Below are positions 7,359-16,714 of a stretch of 46,606 nucleotides of DNA, one piece after another; positions within the stretch are counted from its first letter, which is position 1, and every line of letters starts with the position of its first letter. The stretch is from positions 1-46,606 of the forward strand of contig JAKLKB010000003.1 in NCBI GenBank assembly GCA_023150835.1. The letters are read 5' to 3'. The notes beneath the pieces were generated by a model. It had not been told where the DNA came from and ran no database searches. It saw nothing but the letters and a program-made list of their open reading frames with translations. Made by a program: the position numbers and the translations under genes. This DNA is from Myxococcota bacterium (GTDB lineage: Bacteria > Myxococcota_C > UBA6777).

Positions 7359-9353
7359 ATGAGCGCATACTACGCATCTCTCAGCAAAGCACCGTGGACG
7401 CTCGTCTACCGCGCACAACTGCCTGAGGACTTCAACGAATTCCTTGTTGCTCTCCCCAACGGCGGCCCCGAATCCAAAGACCCGATCGACTGGCGATTTC
7501 TCGAAGAAGGCGAAGATCGCTCACTCCCGCAAGGCTATCTTCCCTTCCATACACTCCACAACACAGCGATCCAACCCATCGAAGCAGCCCAACCCATCGA
7601 AGCAGCCCAACCCATCGAAGCAGCCCAACCCATCGAAGCAGCACAACCCATCGAAGCAGCACAACCCATCGAGGCAAAACGCGGCTTTGTTCCGCAAGAT
7701 CGACCACGTGGCCTTCGACATTGGGCCAACGTGCTGCTCCGAAAAGAAACCTACCGTGTTGTAGAGTTCTACCTTCACAAAAACGAAACACGCTTGATCG
7801 CGGGAAAAGCCCTCTCTGTTTTTGTTTTGGAGCCAATGCTTCCAAAGAGCCTCTTTCCCTCCGATGATACAGAGCGATACGAGGGGCTTTCGGTGGGTTC
7901 GTGTCTTTCGTTTGAAGATGATCGGCTTTGGTACATCTGCGCGTTTGAAACGGCGTCTTTGAACGAGCCGCTACGCGTACACTGCCGTTTGTTGCAACTT
8001 GGGCTAAACCTCGTCCAGATCGGGAACTATCGGGGATTTCCATCTCTGTCCGTCTGCTTTTCTTTTCCCTGCACCGTGATCGTTGCTCCCAACGGCGCAG
8101 GAAAAACCGCCTTCTTAGACGCCACCGCCAGCCTACTGCGCACGTTGTTAGATGACATCGAAGGCAAGGAAAAACGGCCGATCCTTCAACCATTCGACAC
8201 ACGCCGCACACAAAGCCCACAACACGCGATGGAGCCTGTCTTTCCAACAACGTTGCTGGCCCTTTACGCTTGGCCGAACGAATGGAGCCGATGGGGGCTT
8301 GAAAAAACTTCCGAAGACACGGATCACGCCATTCCTCGGCGAAGAACTTGGGATGCGAACGTGCTCGCTACAGCCCATCACCTGCGGCATGCCGTTCAGA
8401 ACGATCTTTTGGACGCAAGCCGCACTCCCACAACGCTTCCTGTGTTCGCTTATTACGGGACGCAACGCTTGTGGGACACGCGGCAGATCGCCCCAAGAAA
8501 AAACAAAGATCCGACTCCAAATGCCCGACTGCGCGGCTATCAAGACTGTTTGCATTCCTCTGCACGATATGCGTCGTTTGTGGACTGGTTTCGGCGCTAC
8601 GCATCAGAAGCGCAGTTTCGCCCCAATTCTCCGCATCAACCGAAAGAACGATTGGAATGCGTACGCAACGCGATTCGGCACGTTCTTGCTCCTCAAGGCA
8701 TCGAAGATATCGCATGGGACTTTGTTGAAGAAACAGTCGTTGTGCAACATCGCACTCAGGGGACTCTTCCTGCGGATGCGATGAGCGACGGTATCCGCAC
8801 AATGCTTGGGCTTGTGGGCGATCTAGCGCATCGCGCAGTGCGACTGAATCCGCACCTCGGTAAAGAGGCGGCCAAACAATCCGACGGACTGGTCTTGATC
8901 GATGAAGTCGATCTACACCTCCACCCCGACTGGCAACAACATATCCTCGCGCTGTTGTTCGCGGCGTTCCCCCGCCTCCAATTTGTGGTGACCACACACA
9001 GCCCACAGGTGCTTTCGACCATCCATGCCGACGCCATCCGCGTCCTTTCTGTAGACGAAGAAGGAGCCGTACACGTCCTCACGCCGACCCAACAAACACG
9101 CGGAGTTGAAAGCCCCGACGTGATGGCCTCGGTGATGAGGATCGATCCGCTGCCTCCAGTACCCGAGGCATACTGGATACAAGAATACCGCGAATTAGCC
9201 GAACAAGGCTCCGCCGATACACCAGAAGCCCAAAGAAAAAGAGAACGGATCGAAAAGCACTTTGGCTCCCAACATCCGCTGTTGCTAGGGATCGATCGCC
9301 TGCGACGATTCCAACAATTCAAACAGCGCCGCGCATCCAACACCGAACAATAA
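7359..9353 (+). CDS. ptuA: PtuA-like ABC/SMC-type ATPase (Septu / retron type I-A effector) with ~220-aa N-terminal extension
   Basis: IGNYRGF...VIVAPNGAGKT (Walker A), FAYYGTQRLW, MSDGIRTMLGLVGDLAHR, LIDEVDLHLHPDWQQ, TTHSPQVL; start uncertain, ATG 7359 is the first outside the MITE. Confidence 0.82.
   Translation: MSAYYASLSKAPWTLVYRAQLPEDFNEFLVALPNGGPESKDPIDWRFLEEGEDRSLPQGYLPFHTLHNTAIQPIEAAQPIEAAQPIEAAQPIEAAQPIEAAQPIEAKRGFVPQDRPRGLRHWANVLLRKETYRVVEFYLHKNETRLIAGKALSVFVLEPMLPKSLFPSDDTERYEGLSVGSCLSFEDDRLWYICAFETASLNEPLRVHCRLLQLGLNLVQIGNYRGFPSLSVCFSFPCTVIVAPNGAGKTAFLDATASLLRTLLDDIEGKEKRPILQPFDTRRTQSPQHAMEPVFPTTLLALYAWPNEWSRWGLEKTSEDTDHAIPRRRTWDANVLATAHHLRHAVQNDLLDASRTPTTLPVFAYYGTQRLWDTRQIAPRKNKDPTPNARLRGYQDCLHSSARYASFVDWFRRYASEAQFRPNSPHQPKERLECVRNAIRHVLAPQGIEDIAWDFVEETVVVQHRTQGTLPADAMSDGIRTMLGLVGDLAHRAVRLNPHLGKEAAKQSDGLVLIDEVDLHLHPDWQQHILALLFAAFPRLQFVVTTHSPQVLSTIHADAIRVLSVDEEGAVHVLTPTQQTRGVESPDVMASVMRIDPLPPVPEAYWIQEYRELAEQGSADTPEAQRKRERIEKHFGSQHPLLLGIDRLRRFQQFKQRRASNTEQ
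7572..7676 (+). repeat. 18-bp tandem repeat (5 copies plus a partial) encoding QPIEAA
   Basis: caacccatcgaagcagc(c/a) units read directly. Confidence 0.95.
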
Positions 9354-9364
9354 AGAGACCGCAG

Positions 9365-10024
9365 ATGCACAAACTCGACCGCGAGAGCATTCCTGTTCCG
9401 ATGTGCCTCGCACACTACAAACACGGAGCAGATCACTGGAAAGACGTCTCTTCTGCCGACAAACAGACGATTCGCGAGGGCCTCCAACAGATGCAGGCAG
9501 GTTTGTGCGCCTATTGCGAAAGTGCTCTCAGCCAACTTTACCAACACATCGAACATTTCCGCCAACAAGCGCACTTTCCTCAATTCGCCTTCCGATGGAA
9601 CAACCTCTTTTTGTCCTGCGACCAACAGGACTCCTGCGGAAGATACAAAGACAAACAACCTTTCCATTCCTACAAGCACGAAAACTTACTGGATCCTTGC
9701 GTGGACGATCCTGACGCTTTCCTGTCTTTTACTTCGGACGGAGCCATCCACCCAAGAAAAAACCTCGGAGCAAAACAAAGACAACGAGCCGAAGAAACGC
9801 TGCGCATCTTTGGATTAGACGCAAATTGGGGCAGGCTTCGGAGGATGCGCCAACAAACCCTCAAAGGCTATCAACTTCAGAAGGGGTTCACAGACATGAT
9901 CGAGGATCTCGAAGCGTTGACAGAAGAAGAAAGATCCGAATATCTCTCCGAAGAGATTGCCGCGATCCGCAACCATCCATTCTGTACAACGATCCGTCAT
10001 TTTCTCGAAGGCTGTCTCGAATAG
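9365..10024 (+). CDS. ptuB: PtuB-like HNH endonuclease (TIGR02646 / 'retron system putative HNH endonuclease' type)
   Basis: MHKLDR...LQQMQAGLCAYCE...HIEHFR...FRWNNLFLSC...SCGRYKD...DPCVDDP; 11 bp after ptuA. Confidence 0.88.
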   Translation: MHKLDRESIPVPMCLAHYKHGADHWKDVSSADKQTIREGLQQMQAGLCAYCESALSQLYQHIEHFRQQAHFPQFAFRWNNLFLSCDQQDSCGRYKDKQPFHSYKHENLLDPCVDDPDAFLSFTSDGAIHPRKNLGAKQRQRAEETLRIFGLDANWGRLRRMRQQTLKGYQLQKGFTDMIEDLEALTEEERSEYLSEEIAAIRNHPFCTTIRHFLEGCLE

Positions 10025-10109
10025 AACCGCACCTCCCCAAAAAGACCGTGAACAGGGGGAGAGAGCAGATGCCAAACGCGCCGAATCCGCAACATCGAAG
10101 GAGACGTTG

Positions 10110-13100
10110 ATGACGAAAGACTCTAGCCCGCGCAACATCGCCCCTCAAGACTTTTTCGCAACAGGCGGGGTCTGGCGTAGCCTTGATCTGCGTTGGGAAG
10201 TCGGGCAAGTCCTCAAGGATCGCTACCGCCTACTTGAGCAGATCAATCGCGGTGGGATGGCGGATATCTGGAAAGCCTTTGATCAAGAAGCCGAACGCAT
10301 CGTCGCGATCAAGCGCCTCGGCGAAGAACTCTTGCGTGAAGAAGCCGCCCAACAGCGCTTTTTGCGCGAGATCCAAACACTCAGCCAACTGGATCATCCC
10401 GATATCGTCCGTCTCTACGACCTTTCGCCCGAAGGGATGTTCTTTGTCATGGAATACCTCGAAGGCAAGGATCTACGGCATCTATTGAACGAGCAGCGCA
10501 GCTTGCCTCTGCACGATGCGCTAGAGATCTTCGCGAAGATGGCGGATGTTCTCGTCTTTACACACCAAAAAGGATTGATCCACCGCGATCTTAAACCCGA
10601 AAATGTGTTTTTGCATCCGCCCTATCCTTGGGGCGTAAAGCTGCTTGACTTTGGCATCGTCTACACGATGGAAGGCACACGCTACACCGCAACGCTTTCG
10701 CGCCTTGGGACGGCCTATTACATGGCTCCCGAACAACTCCATCCCGGCCCTTCGATCACCGAAAAAGCCGATGTGTATAGCTGCGGTCAGATGCTTTATG
10801 AAGCTCTGAGCGGTCGCGTCGTCCAAGCCAAAGCACCGCAACTCGACAAAGTATTCCGCCAACGCATCGAACAAGGCCAGCTTCCGCCGAGGGTGCTTCC
10901 CGAGGCGCTTCGGCCTGTTGCGATGGAGATATTGACCGAGCTTCAAACGTGGATCGATCGGGCCTTGGAATACGAACCCGAAGAGCGCTGCGCCATGAGC
11001 GAACTTGCTGACGCGCTCAAGGCATTCCATCAACGCTACACCGAGGCTCGGCAAAACCAAGCAGGGACGCACAAAGCCGCGATCTTGCGAACGCTTGCAA
11101 GCAACGAAAAAGCGGCCCCGCTGCGCGAACATCTCGAAGAAGTCTGCACGATGTATCCCGAATCGACATTGCTACGGGATCTTTCGATGCAGCTTCAAGA
11201 AGGCATCCAAGCAAGCGATGCCCTTGCCGCGCAACTCCAACACGCCGAACCACCGCTCGATCTGGAAGATCGACGCCAACGATGGAAAGATGCTGCCGAA
11301 CAAGCCCACTATCCCGCGATCTTTTCGAACCACACCTACGCCCAAGGCATCAAAGCCGCGTATGCTGCGCTGATGGAAGCTCTCAAAGAAAACAAGCGCC
11401 TGATCGAACAGCGCGGCCCGCTCCATGCCCGCGAGATCTGGCAAACCCACCAGACCCACGCCAAGACATGGCGCGCACATGACGCCTATCTACAAAGTCT
11501 GCTCGCACAGATGCAAAGCGTCCCCACCTTGATCCGAAAACTCGCAGACATCGAGAACACAGAACTGTCCCCTGAGCAACGTGAACAAAGCTACCAGATC
11601 GCGCAAACAGCCTTGCGTGCGCTCGGTCGCTCCGTCTTGCCGACGCTGATCGATGCGCTTTCCACCGAAGATCCAGCCCTTCGCAGCGGCCTGCTCCCCT
11701 GTCTCGCCTCATGGGGCGAGGACAGTCGGCCTCTTTTGCGCGAAGCCCTCCAAAGCCCACAAGCCCCCCTCCGCCAAGGCGCTGCTTCGGCCTTGGGCCA
11801 GCATCCTTCGATCCAAAGCGATGACTTCAAAGCCCTTGGGAAGCTGCTCGGCGATCCAGAAGAGCCGGTACGAATCGCTGCCGCTGAAGCCCTCGCTGCT
11901 CCGCACCAAAAAGCAGGTTTCGACGAACTGCTCGACCGCATCGACCCCAACCAGCCAGAACGCAGCATGGCCGTGTTGCATGGCCTCCGCTGCTACGCGA
12001 TGAACGATCCGCAATCCCTGTCCTCCTACCTCTCCAAGATCGCTTCCTTGCTGGAACCCGACCACCGCACGCTGCGAGAAGCCGCGCTCCAAACTCTCCT
12101 GTCTGCGGGAGAAGCAGGTGCGACCTTTTTGCTTGCCTGTGAAGAAGCGTTCCTCTCGCTGTTTTGGGAACAACGCTACCAAGCCGCTTTAGCCTTTGCG
12201 CGGTATGCCAAGCGGCATTGGACAAAGCTGCTCAAAACTTCTGACACCGACAACTGGTGTACCCAAGAAGCCCGACTGTTCGCACTGATCGAATACTTTG
12301 TCGAACATCCGCCCGCCCCTCACAAGATCTATCCTCTCGATACCAACGAGATCGTTGCCTTTGACAAAGCCGCAAGCATCGCTGCTTTGCTTTCCTTACC
12401 CACACAAAATCGAGATATCGTTGCGGCGCTCGGCAATTTTGATCGAGACGTGATGTTATCGCTCATCCACCGTTTGCAACAAAACTTCCCTATCGAAATA
12501 CGCCGAATGGCCGCCCAAGCCCTCGCCCAGATCGGCCCCCTTGCGTGGGAAGCTGCCGAACCCCTTTCTCAAATCGTCGCAAAACCCGATGATTCGGTGG
12601 AATTGCTCGTGGACACACTCAAAGCCCTTGCCGCCATGCAAACAGCCGCTTTTGATGCGCTCCCTCACGTCCGCACTTTGCTACAACATCCTCACGCCGA
12701 AGTATGCGATGCTGCAGTCAAAGCCATCACCGCCATCCACCATCCCTCTCGCTCGATGGATAGAGCCATCATGTTTTTTGTGGATCCGAAAAAGAAAGCC
12801 CTTTTTTCTTATTTATGGTCTATCGCTAAAGTCAACATCTCACGTGATTTTACAGAAGAAATCTGGCAAAACGTCGGCTTATCCACAAAACAACGAATCA
12901 AGGCACTCTTCAGCCTTTCTAAGAAAAGCAGGACAAAGGAATCTATCTACCCCAGACAGCACTTCTATCTGGGCTGGTTAAATCTAGATAGAAGTGCGAA
13001 TGCTCTGGACGCTGTACTTTTCCACGCAGGTCCACTGCGAACCGAAACGGTCAGCTTCTTGGCGGAACTCAAACCATCGGATGCTTTGTATGCGCCTTTG

Positions 13101-13226
13101 ATGCAGGCTCTTTCGGCGTTGGACGAAGATGCAACGATGCTGTTGCTGGGTAAGATCGAAAAGGCCGGAGATCGGGAGAGGATGAAAGAGATGATACAAA
13201 AAGCACGGAGATGGCGAGGCGAATGA
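10110..13226 (+). CDS. Hanks-type Ser/Thr protein kinase with helical linker and HEAT repeats
   Basis: RGGMADIW, VAIK, IHRDLKPEN, LLDFG, GTAYYMAPE, DVYSCG; HEAT-like LRQGAASALG, VRIAAAEAL, IRRMAAQALAQIG; AAGGAG RBS before ATG 10110. Confidence 0.9.
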   Translation: MTKDSSPRNIAPQDFFATGGVWRSLDLRWEVGQVLKDRYRLLEQINRGGMADIWKAFDQEAERIVAIKRLGEELLREEAAQQRFLREIQTLSQLDHPDIVRLYDLSPEGMFFVMEYLEGKDLRHLLNEQRSLPLHDALEIFAKMADVLVFTHQKGLIHRDLKPENVFLHPPYPWGVKLLDFGIVYTMEGTRYTATLSRLGTAYYMAPEQLHPGPSITEKADVYSCGQMLYEALSGRVVQAKAPQLDKVFRQRIEQGQLPPRVLPEALRPVAMEILTELQTWIDRALEYEPEERCAMSELADALKAFHQRYTEARQNQAGTHKAAILRTLASNEKAAPLREHLEEVCTMYPESTLLRDLSMQLQEGIQASDALAAQLQHAEPPLDLEDRRQRWKDAAEQAHYPAIFSNHTYAQGIKAAYAALMEALKENKRLIEQRGPLHAREIWQTHQTHAKTWRAHDAYLQSLLAQMQSVPTLIRKLADIENTELSPEQREQSYQIAQTALRALGRSVLPTLIDALSTEDPALRSGLLPCLASWGEDSRPLLREALQSPQAPLRQGAASALGQHPSIQSDDFKALGKLLGDPEEPVRIAAAEALAAPHQKAGFDELLDRIDPNQPERSMAVLHGLRCYAMNDPQSLSSYLSKIASLLEPDHRTLREAALQTLLSAGEAGATFLLACEEAFLSLFWEQRYQAALAFARYAKRHWTKLLKTSDTDNWCTQEARLFALIEYFVEHPPAPHKIYPLDTNEIVAFDKAASIAALLSLPTQNRDIVAALGNFDRDVMLSLIHRLQQNFPIEIRRMAAQALAQIGPLAWEAAEPLSQIVAKPDDSVELLVDTLKALAAMQTAAFDALPHVRTLLQHPHAEVCDAAVKAITAIHHPSRSMDRAIMFFVDPKKKALFSYLWSIAKVNISRDFTEEIWQNVGLSTKQRIKALFSLSKKSRTKESIYPRQHFYLGWLNLDRSANALDAVLFHAGPLRTETVSFLAELKPSDALYAPLMQALSALDEDATMLLLGKIEKAGDRERMKEMIQKARRWRGE

Positions 13227-13241
13227 GGATGGGACGAGGTG

Positions 13242-13510
13242 TACCCCTCATCCCCCCGCCCCCCTTCTCCCCGCTGTCGCGGAGGCGAAGGGGGAGAAAG
13301 AGGGCAGATCAGGCGATCGTCTCGATTTCGTGAGCGGATGTAGAAGTGCGGCGCATTGGACAAAAAACCTCGTGCATTGGCCAAAAATCCCCGTGTTATC
13401 GGCACTTCAAGCGACAGAGTCGTTGGTTTGAAAAACCGCTGATCTGTTCGCCAACACGGGGTCAAGGGGCGGCAGTCCCTTGCGGGGTATGGGGCAGCGC
13501 CCCACAAAAT
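13242..13510. repeat. C-rich REP-like palindrome followed by a MITE family A ~170-bp copy
   Basis: ccctcatccccccgcccccttctcccc...ggggagaaagagggc; ccgtgttatcgg...ttcaagcgacagagtcg...ggggtcaaggggcggcagtcccttgcggggtatggggcagcgcccca. Confidence 0.7.
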
Positions 13511-13569
13511 CACCCCCTACCCAACCAATAAACCATCTCCCCTAAAAACTAATCCAACCCCAAAAGACC

Positions 13570-14595
13570 CTATACAACGGAGATATCCCAATGTTCGGGG
13601 AAGCGGGTATTGGGGAAGATAGCGCGGGCTTCGTCGAGCATGGCGAGCCATTCGGTGGGGGCGTAGCGACGGGAGAGATGGAAGAGGACGAGTTCTTGGA
13701 TCTGGGCGGCTTTGGCGAGTTCAGCGGTGAGTTGTGTGGTCATGTGGAAGTAAGCGCGGGCAAGGGAGAGATCAGCGTGGCAGTACTGTGATTCACAAAT
13801 GACGGTGCGGACGCCTTGGAGGGCGTTAACGAGGTGGGAGGAGGCGGCATCGTCGAGCAAGAAGTCGGTCAGGTAGGCGACGGAATCGCCGATGGTTTCG
13901 GTGAGGAGAGCGGCCCGAAGCTCGCCGAGAGTGAAGGTGCGTTCGCCGATGCTGATCTCGGCGGAAGCATCGCCGTCTTGGGGGATGGCTTTGATGCGCT
14001 GCATCCAAGGCCCGGGGCGAAGGCCCATTGCGCTCACGCGATCCATAGCGATGTTGCGTTTGGGTTGTTCACGGACGATATAAGCGAGGGTGGTGGTGCG
14101 GTGATCCATCGTTAGAGCGTCGATGGTGTAGGTTGAAGTATCGATGATACGGGTATTTGTGAGCGATAGAGGTTCTTCGGAGTGGGCGATGGCGAAGGCT
14201 TCGGCGAGTTGGTAGCGGGTGCGCAAGATGGCGGAGGGATGGACTTCGTGGACCCGCCAAGCGACATCTTCCATCTCGCAGTGGAGGTTCCACAAAAAGC
14301 CTTGGAAGCGGTGCTGGAGGATACGGGCCGTTTCAGGAGGCCCCCAGATCACGTTGGGACGGTTGTTTCGGCTGTAGAGGCATCGGAAAAAAGCATCAAA
14401 GCCAGCGATATGATCCATGTGCTGATGAGAAAACAGCAGGGCATCGACTTCGAGCAGCGAACCGAAGGGTACGGTCGCCAAGCATCCTTCGCCGCAATCA
14501 AACAACAACCGTGTGATCCCTTGTCCGCTATCGATCTCCATCCACAAAGCGTTGTCGGATTCGGGCTGCCCGAGGACTTGAATACGGATACTCAT
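13570..14595 (-). CDS. Ribonuclease Z-like MBL-fold hydrolase
   Basis: LLFDCGEG, SHQHMDHIAG (HxHxDH), MDH, GLRPGPW exosite-like arm, YLTD, ESQY, HMT, LFHLSRRY. Confidence 0.85.
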   Translation of the reverse strand: MSIRIQVLGQPESDNALWMEIDSGQGITRLLFDCGEGCLATVPFGSLLEVDALLFSHQHMDHIAGFDAFFRCLYSRNNRPNVIWGPPETARILQHRFQGFLWNLHCEMEDVAWRVHEVHPSAILRTRYQLAEAFAIAHSEEPLSLTNTRIIDTSTYTIDALTMDHRTTTLAYIVREQPKRNIAMDRVSAMGLRPGPWMQRIKAIPQDGDASAEISIGERTFTLGELRAALLTETIGDSVAYLTDFLLDDAASSHLVNALQGVRTVICESQYCHADLSLARAYFHMTTQLTAELAKAAQIQELVLFHLSRRYAPTEWLAMLDEARAIFPNTRFPEHWDISVV

Positions 14596-14878
14596 CAAAG
14601 CGCTCCTTTCGTATGGCTCGCCTTCCTCGCAAGGCGGCGATCAGCCGAAGCGCAGAGAAAGCGTAGATTGCAGCGCCTAGACGGTCGAAGCTTTGAAAAG
14701 TGCGCTTGCAGGAAAACCAACGCGATGGTATGTTGCGCCGTTCGGTGTAAGCGCGAACGCATACGCCGTATTGTTGGCGATTTTGCGCAAACAACGCACA
14801 CCGACGCATCGCATCTCACCGATGCAGTGCGACAAGCTCTGCTCGAAAACCAACCGTTGAGTTTTTTTGAACTACGGA

Positions 14879-14994
14879 TAGGACTTACGCAGTTGAAAAG
14901 GGAAGCCCTGAGATATCAGAACGTTGTAGGGGCGGTTCGCGAACCGCCCACGCCCGAACATGGGCCTTTTTCGTATAGAACTGCGTAAGTTCTA
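14879..14994. mobile_element. MITE family A, 116-bp REP-carrying form
   Basis: taggacttacgcagtt...gtaggggcggttcgcgaaccgccc...aactgcgtaagttcta. Confidence 0.85.
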
Positions 14995-15000
14995 TCCGAA

Positions 15001-15170
15001 TAGGAGCGACGCAGTTGGCCCAAAAAACCCGTGTTCGCGGTGTTTCAAGCGACAGAGCCGTTGGTAAAAAAAACGATGATCTCTTCGCCCCTCTCGGAGT
15101 CAAGGGGCGACAGTCTATGGCGGGGCGTGGGGTGAAACCCCACAAACACCCTCCGACTTCGTAAGTCCGA
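15001..15170. mobile_element. MITE family A, 170-bp form, starting 6 bp after the previous copy
   Basis: taggagcgacgcagttg...ggagtcaaggggcgacagtctatggcggggcgtggggtgaaacccca...cgtaagtccga. Confidence 0.78.
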
Positions 15171-15207
15171 CACGGAACAAATCGAGACAGAGGAAAGGGG
15201 AAACATC

Positions 15208-16098
15208 ATGCTCTCTCGGCTCTTTTTACTGTTGTCGTCGTTGCTGGTGGTGGTGATCAACATCATCTATCCGACGGTATGGTACACCTCGCTCAAGTTC
15301 TTTCAGTTTGTGTGGTGGTTGAGAGGAAAAGAGCTGCCGCGCACATACACCGATAAGTTTGCGACAGCGTGGGGGTTATTGCAGATCGGGGCGGCATTTC
15401 CCGTGAATCGAACGAAGATTCGGATGGAAGTCTCGGAGAAAGCGAAGGCATACGAAGGTCCGATGTTGGTGATGATGAACCATCAGTCGACGTTCGATAT
15501 CGCGGCGGCGTATTACACGCTGTGGAAGTTGGGTCGGAATCTGCGGTGGGTTTTGAAGAAAGAGCTGCTGAAAGTGCCGGCCATCGGGACCGCGTGCTAC
15601 GAGACGAAGTGTGCATTTGTGGATCGTACGGATCGAAAGAAGGCGGAAGAAGAGTTGTTGCGCTTTTCCAAGCAGATCGAAGAGGACGGTGTGAGCGCGG
15701 TGATCTTTGTGGAGGGGACGCGTGCGACGCCGAAAAAGATGGAGAAGTCGGATTACAGATATCAGTTGAATCCGAAGCCGATGGGGATATCGATCTTGCA
15801 TGAGCAGCTTCCACATTGGCCGATCTTGAGCGTGACACTCGACTGGGTGGGCAAGACAGGGACGACGATCTTTAACACGTCGATTTGGGGGGCGACCTTG
15901 CGGATCGATTGCCAACTCTTTATGCCAGACGAGATCCCAGCCGATCACGACGGCTTTGTAAAATGGTTGTTTGAGGTCGATTGGCCACGCCGAGAAGCCT
16001 TGATCGAGTCGTGGCGTCTCGAAGCAGGGCTTTTGCCCGCAGCCACCTCCCAAGACAACAAAGCACCCACCGAAGCCTCTGAGATGCACCGTGCTTGA
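15208..16098 (+). CDS. 1-acyl-sn-glycerol-3-phosphate acyltransferase (PlsC/LPLAT family)
   Basis: MNHQSTFD (HX4D), LKKELLKVPAIG, FVDR, IFVEGTR motifs. Confidence 0.88.
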   Translation: MLSRLFLLLSSLLVVVINIIYPTVWYTSLKFFQFVWWLRGKELPRTYTDKFATAWGLLQIGAAFPVNRTKIRMEVSEKAKAYEGPMLVMMNHQSTFDIAAAYYTLWKLGRNLRWVLKKELLKVPAIGTACYETKCAFVDRTDRKKAEEELLRFSKQIEEDGVSAVIFVEGTRATPKKMEKSDYRYQLNPKPMGISILHEQLPHWPILSVTLDWVGKTGTTIFNTSIWGATLRIDCQLFMPDEIPADHDGFVKWLFEVDWPRREALIESWRLEAGLLPAATSQDNKAPTEASEMHRA

Positions 16099-16099
16099 T

Positions 16100-16714
16100 T
16101 TAGCGAGGAAGCGAGGAAGCGCTAGAGGGGCGAGATGACGCAGAGGATCGAGATGATGTGGAGGGTCGTGGTGGGGGCGACATGACGGGGGCTTGGGGGG
16201 GTTGAGCGGTGCGTGCGGATGGACGTTTGGGGGCTACGATGCGTCGAAGATCGTCGTTGCACAAGCCGACCAGTACGGCATTTCCAGCGGAGGTGACTTT
16301 TAATTCGGCGTAGCGTGCGCGGTCGTACCACGTTGCACGCCCTTCTTGAAAGAAGAACGATTCAGCACCGAGTTGGACGCGGTTTTTTCGGAACTTGTAT
16401 TGAAAGAAGATCTCGTTGGCAGCGAGCGTTTCGGAGCCGCTGTCGAGCCGACGAAAAGACCCGACACCTTGCGCATCGACGGAGAGAACCAAGCGACCGC
16501 TGGGTGGGAGCCTTTTGTGCTGACGTTCGGCTTGTTCGCTGATCTGATAGCGCAAGATCATGTAATCGCCTTGCATCAAAGATCGCGGATCGACGGGAGC
16601 CAAGCGCAAATAGACCGACTTCCCTTCGCGCAAAAGCTGCTCTTTTTGAAAGATCAGCCAGTTGGGGACCACCAAAGCGACGGCTGTTGCGACCCAAAAG
16701 ATCGTATTACGCAT
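16100..16714 (-). CDS. GDYXXLXY domain membrane-anchored protein
   Basis: LAPVDPRSLMQGDYMILRY; ESFFFQEG; overlaps the stop of the DUF4401 gene. Confidence 0.92.
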   Translation of the reverse strand: MRNTIFWVATAVALVVPNWLIFQKEQLLREGKSVYLRLAPVDPRSLMQGDYMILRYQISEQAERQHKRLPPSGRLVLSVDAQGVGSFRRLDSGSETLAANEIFFQYKFRKNRVQLGAESFFFQEGRATWYDRARYAELKVTSAGNAVLVGLCNDDLRRIVAPKRPSARTAQPPQAPVMSPPPRPSTSSRSSASSRPSSASSLPR

